From contig NC_043000.1 of NCBI RefSeq assembly GCF_006345805.1, forward strand, positions 164,052,001-164,116,000: a stretch of 64,000 bases of DNA. Reading direction: 5' to 3'. The notes under the pieces are model-generated. The model searched no databases, was not told the DNA's origin, and saw nothing but the letters and a program-made list of their open reading frames with translations. Numbering within the stretch: the first letter of the stretch is position 1; the number at the start of each line of letters is the position of its first letter. Below, one piece after another: positions 24,021 through 36,421 of the stretch. The DNA comes from Octopus sinensis. Lineage: Eukaryota. Made by a program: the position numbers and the translations under genes.

Positions 24021-24743
24021 TATTATTTACATTATTTACATTTGATAGATATTTGTCCTCATCTTGTTTGTTGTTAACACAACGTTTTGGGTGATGTACT
24101 CTCCAAGTGCCCTGGGGGAATTTCAAACTTGTGTTCTCATTCCTAAGATATTTTTCTGATGTTAATATTATTATTATCATTATTATTATTATTATTATTA
24201 TTCAGGTCACTGCCTGGTATTGAACTTGGAATCTTGGTTTAATAGCCCATGAGCAATTATGGAGTGAATTTTAGGGCTTATAAATCTAATATTTTTCTAT
24301 CCTTCCTTAAAATAATAGACACAGAACACCACTGGAAAATACAAAAACTAAAAGGAGCAGCACATATGCTAGGATACAACAACCTCCTAAGCAGACCGAG
24401 TGCAGATATGAATAGCATATGGGAACCAGTATTAAGGAAGGATAGGAAAATATTAGATTTATAAGCCCTAAAATCCACTCCATAATAGCCCACAGGCATA
24501 TGGCATAGTGGTTAAGAGTACGGGCTACTAACCCCAAGATTCCAAGTTCGATTCCAAGCAGTGACATTAATAATAATAATAATAATAACAACAACATCGG
24601 AAAAATACCTTAGGAATGAGAACCTAGGTTCAAAATTTCCCCAAGACACCTGATACAGGCTGGAGAGAACATCAGTCAAAATGTTGTGTTAACAACAAAC
24701 AAGATGAGGACAATTTCTGCCAAATATAAATAATGTACATAAT
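24021..24743 (+). mobile_element. Penelope-like remnant forming a large inverted repeat; pLTR contains a tRNA-like Pol III promoter and a degenerate hammerhead
   Basis: Arms about 24021-24310 and 24432-24743. The spacer reads IIDTEHHWKIQKLKGAAHM...NLLSRPSADMNSIWEPVL (GIY-YIG C-terminus-like). A-box TGGCATAGTGG 24501-24511, B-box AGTTCGATTCC 24545-24555; hammerhead relic 24646-24689. Confidence 0.7.
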
Positions 24744-25023
24744 TCCTCATCTCTCAAATATAGAACTGTATGAAAATAATAATAATAATAATGGTCTCAA
24801 ATTTTGCCACAAGGGCAGCAATTTTGGGGGAGTGGGTGAATCGATTACATTGACCCCATTACTCAACTGGTACTTATTTTATCAACCCCAAAAGGATGAA
24901 AGGCAAAAGTCGACATTAGCAGAATTTGAACTCAGAACATAGAGACAAATGAAATACCACTAAGCATTTCGCCCAGCATGCTAACAATTCTGGCAGCTCA
25001 CTGCCTTAATAATAATAATACTG

Positions 25024-25055
<32 letters not shown>

Positions 25056-25056
25056 G

Positions 25057-25084
<28 letters not shown>

Positions 25085-25088
<4 letters not shown>

Positions 25089-25262
25089 CGATTTAACGTC
25101 CGTTTTCCATGCTGGAATGGGTTGAACAGTTTGACTGAGGTCTAGAGAGCCAGGAGGCTGCACCAGGCTCTAATCTGATCTGGCAGTGTTTCTATAGCTG
25201 GATGCCCTTCCTAATGCCAACCATTCCAAGAGTGTAGTGGGTGCTTTTTACGTGCCACCAGC
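25085..25262 (-). mobile_element. SINE 3' part with CTGGATGCCCTTCC domain
   Basis: Homologous to 31420-31600, 35330-35500, 56740-56970, 57440-57760 and 63035-63300. Confidence 0.75.
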
Positions 25263-25499
25263 TATGAAAGAAAGCCATTATATCATGCTTTACAAAAGTG
25301 ATACATTAGATAAAGTAATTTTATATACAGTCATCATTATCATTATCATCATTTAACATTTATTGTCCATGTTCCATGCTGGTATTTGTTCAACGGTTTA
25401 ACTAGATATAATTGATCCAAGAGCTGCAACATACTCCAATGTCTGCTGTGGCATGGTTTCTACAGCTGGATACCCTTCTTAACATCAACAAATTCACAG

Positions 25500-25850
25500 C
25501 AGGTAAGACCCCACCCACTTCAATCATGAATAACCATGGAATTGAAACTAGAAAGTTTCCCTCCAGGGCACAAGTCCAAGCAAGGTTGTTTGTGGAAGAC
25601 CAGCAGTCGCCCATGCATACCAGCCTCCCCGCTCCTTTCCACAGATGCTGTCCAGGAGAAAGGCAAAGATCAATACAGCTTTGCACCAGTGAGGTCGCAA
25701 TTCATTTCTCCAGCTGAGTGAACTGGACCAACGTGAAATAAAGAGTCTTGCTCAAGAACACAACACACAACCCGGTCTAGGAATTGAACTCACAACTTCC
25801 CAATTATAAGCCCTATGCTCTAACCACTAAGCCATATGCTTCCACACATA
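25500..25850 (-). mobile_element. tRNA-derived SINE
   Basis: Homologous to 60410-60745 and 63320-63640 (gaagaccagcagtcgcc.atgcataccagcctc ... gtgaaataaag.gtcttgctca). Confidence 0.8.
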
Positions 25851-25952
25851 CTGGGTGTCTTTTCATGCCACTGGCACAAGTGAGGTTCCTAACATTACAA
25901 AACCTCCCAAGATTACAAATCCTGCGAGTGGGTTAAAGATGAGGGGTTCAAG

Positions 25953-26298
25953 CAGGGCTTCTCAAACATTTTTTATCTATGGACCCCTTTGATTACTATT
26001 TTATTCTGGTGGACCCCCATAGCTATTCAATGTTCAAAAACTAGTTTTTTAGAAACTTCTTTCAAAATTCCTATTTTGCTTTTCACACATTACCTTGCAG
26101 AGGTTGAACTTTGTAAAATGCTGGAGAAAGAAACCTAGCTGTTCCTTGCAATACCAATACATAAATTTGATGCAAAAACTTTTTAGAGTCTCTTAAAATA
26201 TTATTGTGGATCTCCAGTTTACTATTTTGTTGCATGGACCCTCCCAAAATCTGATATGAACCTTCATGGGCCATATGAACCTCGTTTGAGAACTATTG
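25953..26298. mobile_element. hAT (Charlie-like) MITE, about 346 bp
   Basis: TIRs CAGGGCTTCTCAAAC (25953-25967) and GTTTGAGAACTATTG (26284-26298); flanking 8-mers GGTTCAAG and GGTTAATG match 6/8, consistent with a decayed TSD. Confidence 0.7.
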
Positions 26299-27322
26299 GG
26301 TTAATGCATGAAAGAAGGGGAGGAGGGAGGGAGCATGTAAGTTCTTGTAGAGAAGCTACATGGTTACTCATCTTTGGGCAAGAGAAAGAGAATGAGAATA
26401 ATCAGAAGGAGCTGCAAGTCTAGGCGGGTCCTCAAGGTACAAGGTGTATTGAGACAGAGGAATTAGGGTGGTGAGTGAATAAAGGATGGAACGGCTATGA
26501 CAGTGCCTTTGATCAATGGTCTGCTCAATCAGTACTGAGCTGACCTAGGGCTATACAACAACAAAATACAAAGGATTTCGAACATTAATACAGAGCCAGA
26601 AATTATTTTAGAGTGCAACAAGCAATTAAATTATTTGATTGGTGAATTTTTATTTGATTTGATCTCCTCCTTTGATCATTTGATTGATGTATTTTCAATA
26701 ACCTGAAGGAGGATGGAAAGTCAAAATTCAAGTCAAACCCAGTAAAAATTTAACTTGGAACACTGAGTAATGTATGTAACAACTGGATGGTATTTTATCT
26801 GGCTTTCCACCATTTTTACTCTACTAATAACAATGAAAGAGAATTCCATGCCCAAAGTTTTGGTGAAGGATGTAATTGATTGTATCAATGCCCAATAATT
26901 GACTAGTACTTATTTTATCAACTTCAGAAGAATGAATTCAAAGGTTCACCCTAGCAGGATATGAACCGAGAATATAAAGGTAGAACTAAATGCAAAAAAT
27001 CACTTTCTCTACTGCTTTACTGATTCTGCCATCTTTCATGAAAACAATAATGATTATTCATTTATTATTTTATTAATTATTTTATTTTTTTGTTATAAGG
27101 ACATTCACACAAGAGAATATATAAGAAAAAACACAGTAGTGGTTGTGGTGGTGGTGATTATAATAACAACAAAACTGAAGGGAAAACAAGGGAGATAAGA
27201 AAGATAATCTAGAAGAAAAGAGTCCGGTAGAAGACAGGAATTCATTAACGAAGGGATTGATTGATTAGTTAATAACTTTAAGGGATTAATACAAATAATT
27301 GAAAGGAAAAATAATATTTTAC

Positions 27323-27473
27323 TCTTGAAGCCAAGGATGATTGAAGATGAGGCCAGGAATATCCACATCAGGAATGCCAAATATTCGGTCAATCTTTTGA
27401 ACCAAGCCATTAGTGCAACCAATGTCTGTACTAATAAGCTTCGCTTGAACACCAACACTATCGACATAACGAT
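27323..27473 (-). CDS. Fasciclin-1-like protein, exon (151 nt, phase 1 to 2; FAS1 H2 motif)
   Basis: Acceptor tcctttctcctcag; (D)RYVDSVGVQAKLISTDIGCTNGLVQKIDRIFGIPDVDIPGLIFNHPWLQ; donor GA|GTAAAA is weaker but phase-compatible. Confidence 0.85.
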
Positions 27474-28299
27474 CTGAGGAGAAAGGAGAAGATCGAGTCA
27501 AACGAAAAGAGAGCAACAAAACTGAAACAATGTTTAACACAATAAAATATATGCCCAAATGTGTGTGTAGGGTGTGTGTGTGTGTGTATGCATATGCACA
27601 CACACACCTACAAACAAACAAACACTTTGTGTGTGAACTAAATAGGGGTTACGTATTTGGATCAAAGTTATTTGTTTGACTGGCTTTTTGGTACCGACCC
27701 ATAGACTTGCACAGTTGACCAAAAGATTGACTGAACAAAACCATGATCCAGAAGTGTGATCCTTCTTTACTACATATAAATAATAATATACATAACAAAC
27801 TCTACACCAAAAGTGGGAAAGCCTTTTATGTTGGAGGGCCACATTGAAGTTAACTGTCTTCTGACAATTCTGCATTTCAAACCAAAAATTATAAAGCTCA
27901 TTCTATTATTTTATAAAATACAAATAAATTATAAAACTTTTAACAAAAAAGCAGCTTTTCAGAATAAGCAGCCTAACAAGTTATACACTCATTTCTACGA
28001 TTGAATATACAAACAATTTTTAAATACTCACCATCCAAAATGTATACATAAGAAAGTTTGAAGCGAAAGACATTAGGAAATAAATGCCACTACAGTAATA
28101 CCATAATTCCTGACATACAACAAAGGATGATGACTTGTGTGATGGAAGATGGCACAATCAGAGTTACTAGAAAGAGGAGAGCCACTGTATTTTTCTCTCT
28201 ACCTCTATAGCAGCATATAATTCAGGGATAAAAAGGGCTGCTCTAAAGTTATCTGGTATTTTCAGCACACCATTTCTTTATACATTTCTTAGCACGTTT

Positions 28300-29330
28300 A
28301 CAGCACACCATTCCTTGGAGTAAAAAAACTGAACTCATTTTGATCTCTTGTAATCTTTATGTTAAGTTCATAATAAGGATAATATCCAGTAAAGATTTGT
28401 AGACATTCTCTCAGAAGTGTCAAACCTTTAACCATATTCTTTGCTGTCTGTAAAGAGAATAAAGAAGAGCTTCTATACCCTCTTTCTTTGTCCTGGCAGC
28501 TAACTCTGGTTCAAACTGCATCAGCTTCTCTTTAGAAGAATTTACTCCTTTGAAGTCTAGCAAATCAAACACTTCATCTTCTATGATTTCTTCAAAACCC
28601 ACAGAATTTTCCAGTTTTACAGTACCGTGCTGATGCACAATTTCTACTTATGAAGTTTTTCCAAAATCCATACATAGCTTATGGTTTTAATCCATCCTAT
28701 GACTTTGCTATGTCATCCACAGCATCCATAATTGACTTTTCCCAGCAGTCTCCAACTGTAGATTTATTCTATCCATCAATTGCTTTTATGAGTTGTTTCT
28801 AAGTTCTTCTTTGAAGTTAGCAATCCCACCTTAATAAACTGTCTGCACTTTTATACAGAAAGTGAAAAAGTTTGTAAGCCAGTTTATGAAAGGCTCTTAG
28901 TCATCTAAAACCATTTTATTTGAATGCTTAATCACAGGTAGATTAAACTTAATGTAGCCCTTGTAGTTTAGGAGTGAAGCAGGTGTGAGAGCTTTAATTC
29001 CATATTAGTAGCAGCATTATCTCATGATCCTCACAAGGAGCAAGAGACAATTTTTGGAAGCTTTAAATCCTGGTGCTGATTTTTCTTCACTAGAAATAAA
29101 GGCCGTTGCATGCAAGCACTTCTAGAGAAGTAAAGTTAGTTCCACCAGTATTGTATACTTGTCCTACTTTGTAACCTTCTTCAGTAGTCATCATCATCTC
29201 TTCAGAATAATTAGTAGCAGTCTCAGTATCAGTAGAAGCAGCTTCAACAGTCATAATGTTGTGCAAATTTAGACATCTTTTAAATCCTTCAAACAACTCA
29301 TTTTCCTTCTGAAAATTGACATCGTTTTTG
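28300..29330 (-). pseudogene. Decayed Tigger/pogo DDE transposase
   Basis: LHNIMTVEAASTDTETATNYSEEM...EEGY...QVYN; WEKSIMDAVDDIAKS*DGLKP*AMYGFWKN; GFEEIIEDEVFDLLD. These are colinear with the Tigger1/TIGD1 segments LHNIKVQGEAASAD..., FW...TILDAI..W...GVWKK and GF.D....DV.ELL. Confidence 0.7.
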
Positions 29331-30123
29331 CTTGAATGACTCTCTTGATTATCAGTGTGTTAGATCCAGTCTGATTATTGATCCACACACTTTGGATCCA
29401 ATCCATATTAAGCAATATATCATATCTATGGAAGAAGCCAGAATAGTTAATGATGTAACTCTGTGAGTGTGTGTGTGTGTGTGTGTGTGAACATGCATGT
29501 GCATGTGTGCATGCATATGTGTGTGTTAATAAAAAGCCCATTACTAAAAGTTTCCTATTTTTCAGTTCAAAGTCAAACATCAATCTTCACTCCTCTGTGC
29601 AGTATCAACTAACTCTATTGTGTCATTGAATAAAAAGGAATATATGTTCAAAGCAGAAGGGGAGAAGCAGCATAGATGCTAGAAATTACAGGCCTATCTC
29701 TCTGACATATCACCAAATCATGCAATGAATTAGCAGAGATAACATGTCTCTGTTTCTTAGGGAAACAGACTTTCTAAGAGATACATGACTGTTGGTGCTG
29801 TTTAACGGCAAATCAAATCAAGTGTGATTTACGGAATTACTTTTGATCACAGGTCAATGGTTTTTGAGCTATAACCACCTTGCCTTTTTATTCTTTTTGT
29901 ATAGTGACTATATTATTTAATGTCTCCTTTCTGTTTGTAAGACAGTAGGGTGTGATGTGAGGGAGATTTTCTAGTAGGTTATATGATCATAAGCAGGTTC
30001 ATACCTAACACAGTACCTGTTCCAGCAGATGTTTCACACAAGGTATATCATCTTGTAATATTGGGAAAACTAGGAAAGTCACAGTTTGACTTCATGAAAG
30101 ATAAACCTTAAATTACTACAATG

Positions 30124-30297
30124 AATGATGTTCACTTAGGAATATTAAAAATTCAAAGCAAAGTATATCAGGGAAGTAACGGTCAAAAAACTATTAGTGA
30201 TTGTGATAGCTGTCTCAAAACATATCCTCAAAAAACAATGAAGGGTCCCAATATTATTAAAAACCTACTGAAGCCCCTCACTACAGTATACGGATAG
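30124..30297 (+). mobile_element. Possible Gypsy-type integrase zinc-binding (H2C2) relic
   Basis: NDVHLGILKIQSKVY...TISDCDSCLKTYPQK; short and without supporting flanking domains. Confidence 0.35.
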
Positions 30298-30814
30298 GCT
30301 GAATTGAAACAACATGCAATTCAGTGCAGGTAAGTTTCAAGCACTTTTCTTTCAGGTATCCAGTACATCACTACTCAGATATACAGAACAAACAGATTAT
30401 AACTTATAAATCCGAATCTAAGTCAGGATCTGGGGATGATAAGTAATGGTTCCATGCACCAGTTAAATTACATTTAAGAAATGAATAAAGAAGGAAAAGT
30501 CATCAATCTTTGGTACTAAAAGTTATGCAAGTCCTCTGCTGGGTGGTATGGCAAGAAGTACAGCATTCACCATCTTGGATAAGGACTAGACACTGCACTA
30601 GGTTGTACTTCGAAGTCCTGCAGCTATTCATAATATTCTGTCACGTATGAAAACAACAAGATGCCAACACATTCAGCAAGTACCTGGTCATTTTGCTGTG
30701 TAGGACACCAGATGAACTTACCTTAAAAAAAAATGCAGAAGAGAGTAATGCATGAAACATGTTCAAGAAAAAGGATCAGATCAATTAAAGATAAGCTCCA
30801 GAAAATATACTTAC

Positions 30815-30941
30815 CATAATCAAAATTGTAGGCTTTAAGAAATTGACTTGCCATAGAACGCATTCTCTCCCTAGCATCATAGTCTCCTCCAATTTGGACC
30901 AATTGCCATTTGATGCCACGAATAATGTGAAACTTTACAAT
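30815..30941 (-). CDS. Fasciclin-1-like protein, exon (127 nt, phase 0 to 1; FAS1 YH-type motif)
   Basis: Acceptor ttcttattttaaag, donor G|GTAAGT; IVKFHIIRGIKWQLVQIGGDYDARERMRSMASQFLKAYNFDY. Confidence 0.85.
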
Positions 30942-31026
30942 CTTTAAAATAAGAATAACATATTCTACAGACATTTAAAGCATAGTCACATGCACTTATA
31001 TACATATAAACATGTTTGTACAATCA

Positions 31027-31060
<34 letters not shown>

Positions 31061-31849
31061 CCTACATTTAATAGATTTCTGCAAATCTGATTATTCACTC
31101 AATTGGTTTTAATATGTGCAAGCCCTTTGGCAGCAAAAAGATGAATGGATATGCTTTTTTTATGGAATTCAGGAATGTGAAACATCAAATTATCTGTTTT
31201 ACATTGGTTAGCTTTGGTGAGATGATAATGTTTAGTGTGAACTGTAGGAACAGGCAGCAAAGTCAAGTCAGCAGGCATAGGTTGGTGGCAGGGCAGCATT
31301 TGGATAAATGTCCAATTTACTTAGCAATCACGAAGGATGAGTGAGATTACAACCAGGTGAGAATGAATAGTGATTAACTATATAATGTAGTGTGATCATC
31401 ATCTTCATTATTCGACGTCATCATTTAATGTCCATTTTCCATACTCGCATAGGTTGGATGGTTTGACTGAAAACTGGTAGGCTGGGGAGCTGCATCAGGT
31501 TCCAATTTGATTTGGCAGGGTTTCTACAGCTGGATGCCCTTCCTAATGTCAACCACTCCAAGAGTGTAGTGGGAGCTTTTACTTGCTACTGGCACAGGTG
31601 CCAGTTAAGTAACACCAGCACCAGCCACAACTATGATCTCAAGGCACAGCATATTGCTAAAGGGCTGTCACCTGTCACTGCCTCCATGAGTCCCAACATT
31701 CAAATGGTACTTTTTACATACCACCAGCATGGGTACCAATTATACAACACTGATGCCAGTCATGACAATGCTTTCACTTGACTTGACAAGTTTTCTCAAG
31801 CATAGCATATCGTCAAAGGTCTCAGTCGCTTGCCATTGCCTCCGTGAGG

Positions 31850-32345
31850 CCCAACATTTGACGATCAAGCTTCACCCCCTCCTCATCCCATATCTTTCTA
31901 GGTCTAACACTTCCACAAGTTCCCCCCACCATTAGAGTTCAGCCCTTCTTCACACTGATGTCCTTATCCATACACATCACATGACCATACCAGCACAGTC
32001 ATCTCTCTTGTACACCACATCTGATGCTTCTTATGCCCAACTTTTCTCTCAAGACACTTACACTCTGTCGTACATGCACACTGACATTACACATGCAGCA
32101 AAGCATAACAGCTCCATTTCCTAGAAGCCTCTGCATGTCCTCAGTGGTTACAGCCCATGTTTCACTGCCGTGTTGTATGGTTGTTCATGCACAGACATCA
32201 TACAATCTGCCTTTCAGTCTGAGAGAGAGGTCCTTTGTTATCAACGGAAGCAGAAGTTTCCTAAACTGTGCTCAGTCTATTCTTGCTCTAGCTGCTACAC
32301 TCTCAAAGCATCCACCCTTGCTACTGACTTGGTTACCTGGGTAAG
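31850..32345 (-). mobile_element. Decayed RTE-clade LINE 3' fragment
   Basis: ...LSLRLKGRLYDVC...HGSETWAVT...LREKLGIRSI...RLCWYGHV; in-frame stops. Confidence 0.75.
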
Positions 32346-32419
32346 AGAAGTTAGCAACTACTTCTAGTCTTCCCCAATGATATTTGATGGAGTTCATTTT
32401 CTGTGATAAAGATGAAAAT

Positions 32420-34022
32420 TAACAATATAATAATGAAATTATTGTATACAGTGCTCAGGTGCACCACAACTTGTCAAAAGTGCGTATAAAGCATATGCAG
32501 TAATGTACAAATGTCTGGGAAGTGAACAGTGTATGAGTCAGATACATGCTTGCGTGTGTATGGAGGGGAGAAAATCAGGTGTAGTGTTGGCGAATCTCAG
32601 GAAGCATGGAAGTTTTGAAGGATGCAGTGCTCCGACAACTAACAACTGATGCCGGCAGTTTGTTCCATGCTTCAGCAACTCTTAGCGTGAAAAAAAGCTT
32701 CCGAAAGTCATGGGAGCTGTGCTGTTTTCTGACTTTGTAAATATGTCCACGGGTGTTAGATGGGGGGAGTTTAAAAAGGTGCTCAGAGTTATTGTTTGTA
32801 AGATGGTTGATAATTTTATGGGTGTCTGCCAAGTCAGCTGCCAGACGTCGGAGTTTCAATGTGTCCATGCCCAGGGAAGTAAGGCATTCAGAATATGGCA
32901 AATGCCTGATGGAGGGTATTCTTTTGGTTGCACATCACTGAACGGCTTCCAGACGATTGATATCCTGGGCAAGATAGGGGTTCCAGACCGGTGATGCAAA
33001 TTTCAGGTGAAGTCTTACCATAGCTATATAAAGCCGCAGATAGATAGTTGGAGAGTGGCTCACAAAGGACTTGGTGAGTGATGCCAAGACACCCTCAGCC
33101 TTCTTGACAATTTTAGCGATGTGTTTTGTCCAACGCAAATCACTGTCGATAATAATGCCCAGGTCACAAGAAGACTTTTTGAGATTAGTGTTGTGGAGGG
33201 AGTAGGTGGACATTGGGTTTCTCCTCCCAGAATGCATGGTGGTACATTTGATCACAGCCAGCTTGAGTTGCCAGTCCATGATCCACTGCGGCATTGTGTC
33301 CAGGTCTGCTTGCAACAAAGATCTATAGTGTACAGGATCTGACCTCCTTATTTCGAAGTACAGCTTGATGTCATCTGCATATTTCAGCACTGTGGCATTC
33401 TTTAAGTTGGCATCTATGTCATTAACATATGCAACAAATAAAAGGGGGCCAAGAACAGATCCCTGTGGTACACCAGATGTCATCTCATAGGGCGAAGAGT
33501 GCTGTCCTAGAACTGTGACAACTTCTTTTCGGCCGAAAATAAAGGACTTCAACCAGTTATAGAGTTCGTCTCTTATGCCCAACGCAGAGAGCTTTACCAT
33601 AAGTCTTTTGTGTGGCACAGAGTTAAAAGCCTTAGCAAAGTCCAGGTAAACAACATCCACTCAGGATCCGCGATCATTGATTTGGGTAACGTCCTCAAGA
33701 AACTCGATGAATTGATTACAGCAGCTGGAGTTAGGAATAAATCCAAATTGTGACGGCTGGATGAGACTGTGAGACTTCCAGAAGTTCCAGAGGGTTTCCC
33801 TGAAACAGGATTCCATCAGTTTGGCGATGCAGCTAGTAAGACTAACGGGGCGATAGTTGACAGGCGATGTGCGGTCACCTTTTTTGAACAGAGGGATAAC
33901 ACTGGCAGTTTTCCACTGCTCTGGAGTAACACCATTGTCAAGACAGAATTGGAAGAATAGAGAAAGTTGGCTTAAAAGAAAGTACCCATCGCGTTTGAGA
34001 AGTAGGTATGTAACACCATCAA
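32420..34022 (-). mobile_element. 5'-truncated CR1-clade LINE (second family) with stops and frameshifts
   Basis: NYRPVSLTSCIAKLME, QFGF, YLDFAKAFNSVPH, GVPQGSVLGPLLFVAYVND, YADD, FFTLRVAEAWNKLP; 3' UTR ending in attattatatt. Confidence 0.92.
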
Positions 34023-34504
34023 GAGGCATAGTTGCGTTTATTCTTAAGGTGGCATTGTAGCATTGCTGGTGTAAATTGCATAGTAGTTATAGAGTCCGAT
34101 GTCAGTGGTGATGAAGATATTGGTGATGTAGTGCACATGCAAGCAATGAACTGCACAGGTAATAGTGAGAATGATTACTTGGTATGTAATTGGAAATCTC
34201 CTAATATAATAATAAGCATAGTGTTTTTATATATTTGTCCAGAATCACACTGGAGGCAGAGGAAGAAAGAAAATAGTGATTCAGTGAAGGAGAAGTAGTG
34301 AGAGTAATAGCCCTGACTGAGAGGGAGTGAGAGAAAGTAATAGCAATGAGAAAAAGGCAAGGGCGATAGATGAATGAAGAAGGAAGGGGTGAAAAAAAAC
34401 AGCGTTTCAACTCTGTGTAAGAATATGTATGTATGTGTGTGCGTGTACATGGGAAGTATGTGAATGTTTGTACGTGTGATTATTACGTACCTTATTTTGT
34501 ACCA

Positions 34505-34810
34505 TATTACCTCCACCTTAGCGAAGGTGGAGGTATTGTTTTCAGTCGTGTTTGTTTGTTTGTCCATGGACAAGATATCTCAAGAACTGATGGATGGATG
34601 GATTCGGATGAAACTTTGAAGGATGTTTGGCTTCGTGACTGGCACAAACTGATTAGATTTTGTACCGGACAAGGATTCTGGATTATTTTTATTTTTCCTG
34701 TTTTCTTACTTAACTTTTGAGAGTGGTCGTTTGTGAGAGCAGCGGAGTTTATTTCAGATATTCTTATTTTAAAATTCATCTCTGGCTAATCATTGAGAGG
34801 ACATTGGAAT
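34505..34810 (+). mobile_element. Helentron-associated non-autonomous element (HINE/DINE-1-like)
   Basis: 5' perfect 12-bp hairpin TACCTCCACCTT-agcg-AAGGTGGAGGTA (34508-34535), followed by gtttgtttgtttgtcc and a (GATG)n microsatellite. Confidence 0.6.
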
Positions 34811-35559
34811 ATAATGGAATATTTTAAAGAAACACATATCATCGCTATGGGCTCCGTGTGGGCAGGCATCTAAAACTTTTTGTGCATCTTGATGCTGACA
34901 TAAGTTCCTTACTTTTCCTGATGAGAAGGCGGCATAATGCACCCCTTATTCCTTCAAAATTAGGAATATGCAGCCTTCGAAACATATGTCAAAAATAAAA
35001 TAAAGGAATTTTGTTAATTCGTTGTTCAACTCCATTCTTTCATTTATTTGTATTCAAAAAAACTCACAAATTTCCACACGATAGCACGTGATCTCTGCCC
35101 TTGGCATGTAGCTTCAACCGTGTTTTTCTGACGTGAATTTGCTACCCAGGTATCGGTTAACCGAATTATCCATAATAAGATAATTCATTCAACTACTCAA
35201 TTATTTATATATATATATATATACATATTTGTGTGTGTGTGTATACACATACATATATACATGCATATATACATATACATATATACATATACATATATAC
35301 ATACATATATACAAATGGTACCTGTACTGGTGGCATAAAAGTGCCCATTACACTCTTACAGTTTAGGAAGGGCATCTGGCCATAGAAACCATGCCAAATC
35401 AGACTAGGGTCTCGTGCAGCCTTCCAGCCTTGCCAGACCTGGTCAAACCGTCCAACCTATGCCAGCATGGACAACAGACATTAAATGGTGATGGTGATGA
35501 TATACATATATATATATATGTATATCATCATCACCATTTAACGTATATATATATATATT

Positions 35560-35832
35560 TACATATATATATTACTTGGGTTGAACTGTCCAACCCATGT
35601 AAGTTTGATTTGAAAACCTCACTAGAATGGGAGAAAGCGCTAATGATCTAAGTGATATGATATATATATAAAAAATGTAATATATAAATAGATATATGTA
35701 AATATAAACCATCCGATCTTCTGAGTACCTCATTTCTTCTAATATATAATACCTGTACATCATCTCCAAACCTTCCAATATATATATATACATACATATA
35801 TATATATATATATTATATATATATATATATAT

Positions 35833-35863
<31 letters not shown>

Positions 35864-36156
35864 ATACTTAAAATCCTTAATATATATATATATATATATA
35901 CGTATATATATATATACATATATATATATATACATATATATATTACTTGGGTTGAACTGTCCAACCCATGTAAGTTTGATTTGAAAACCTCACTAGAATG
36001 GGAGAAAGCGCTAATGATCTAAGTGATATGATATATATATAAAAAATGTAATATATAAATAGATATATGTAAATATAAACCATCCGATCTTCTGAGTACC
36101 TCATTTCTTCTAATATATAATACCAGTACATCATCTCCAAACCTTCCAATATATAT

Positions 36157-36218
<62 letters not shown>

Positions 36219-36245
36219 TATATATGTATGTATATACTTAAAATC
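35560..36245. repeat. Tandem duplication (period about 371 bp) of an about 230-bp element plus (TA)n spacer
   Basis: attacttgggttgaactgtccaacccatgtaag...ccaaaccttccaa at 35571 and again at 35942, near-identical. Confidence 0.9.
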
Positions 36246-36321
36246 CTTAATATATATATATATATATATATATACGTATATATATATATACATATATATA
36301 TATATACATATATATATATAC

Positions 36322-36359
<38 letters not shown>

Positions 36360-36378
36360 TACATATATATATATATAT

Positions 36379-36420
<42 letters not shown>

Positions 36421-36421
36421 T

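Noticed and set aside
30620-30721. Extra fasciclin exon starting at the AAG|GT site (GKFIWCPTQQNDQ)
   Set aside because: The first usable donor gives phase 0, incompatible with the phase-1 next exon; no FAS1 similarity; the flanking exons already join in frame
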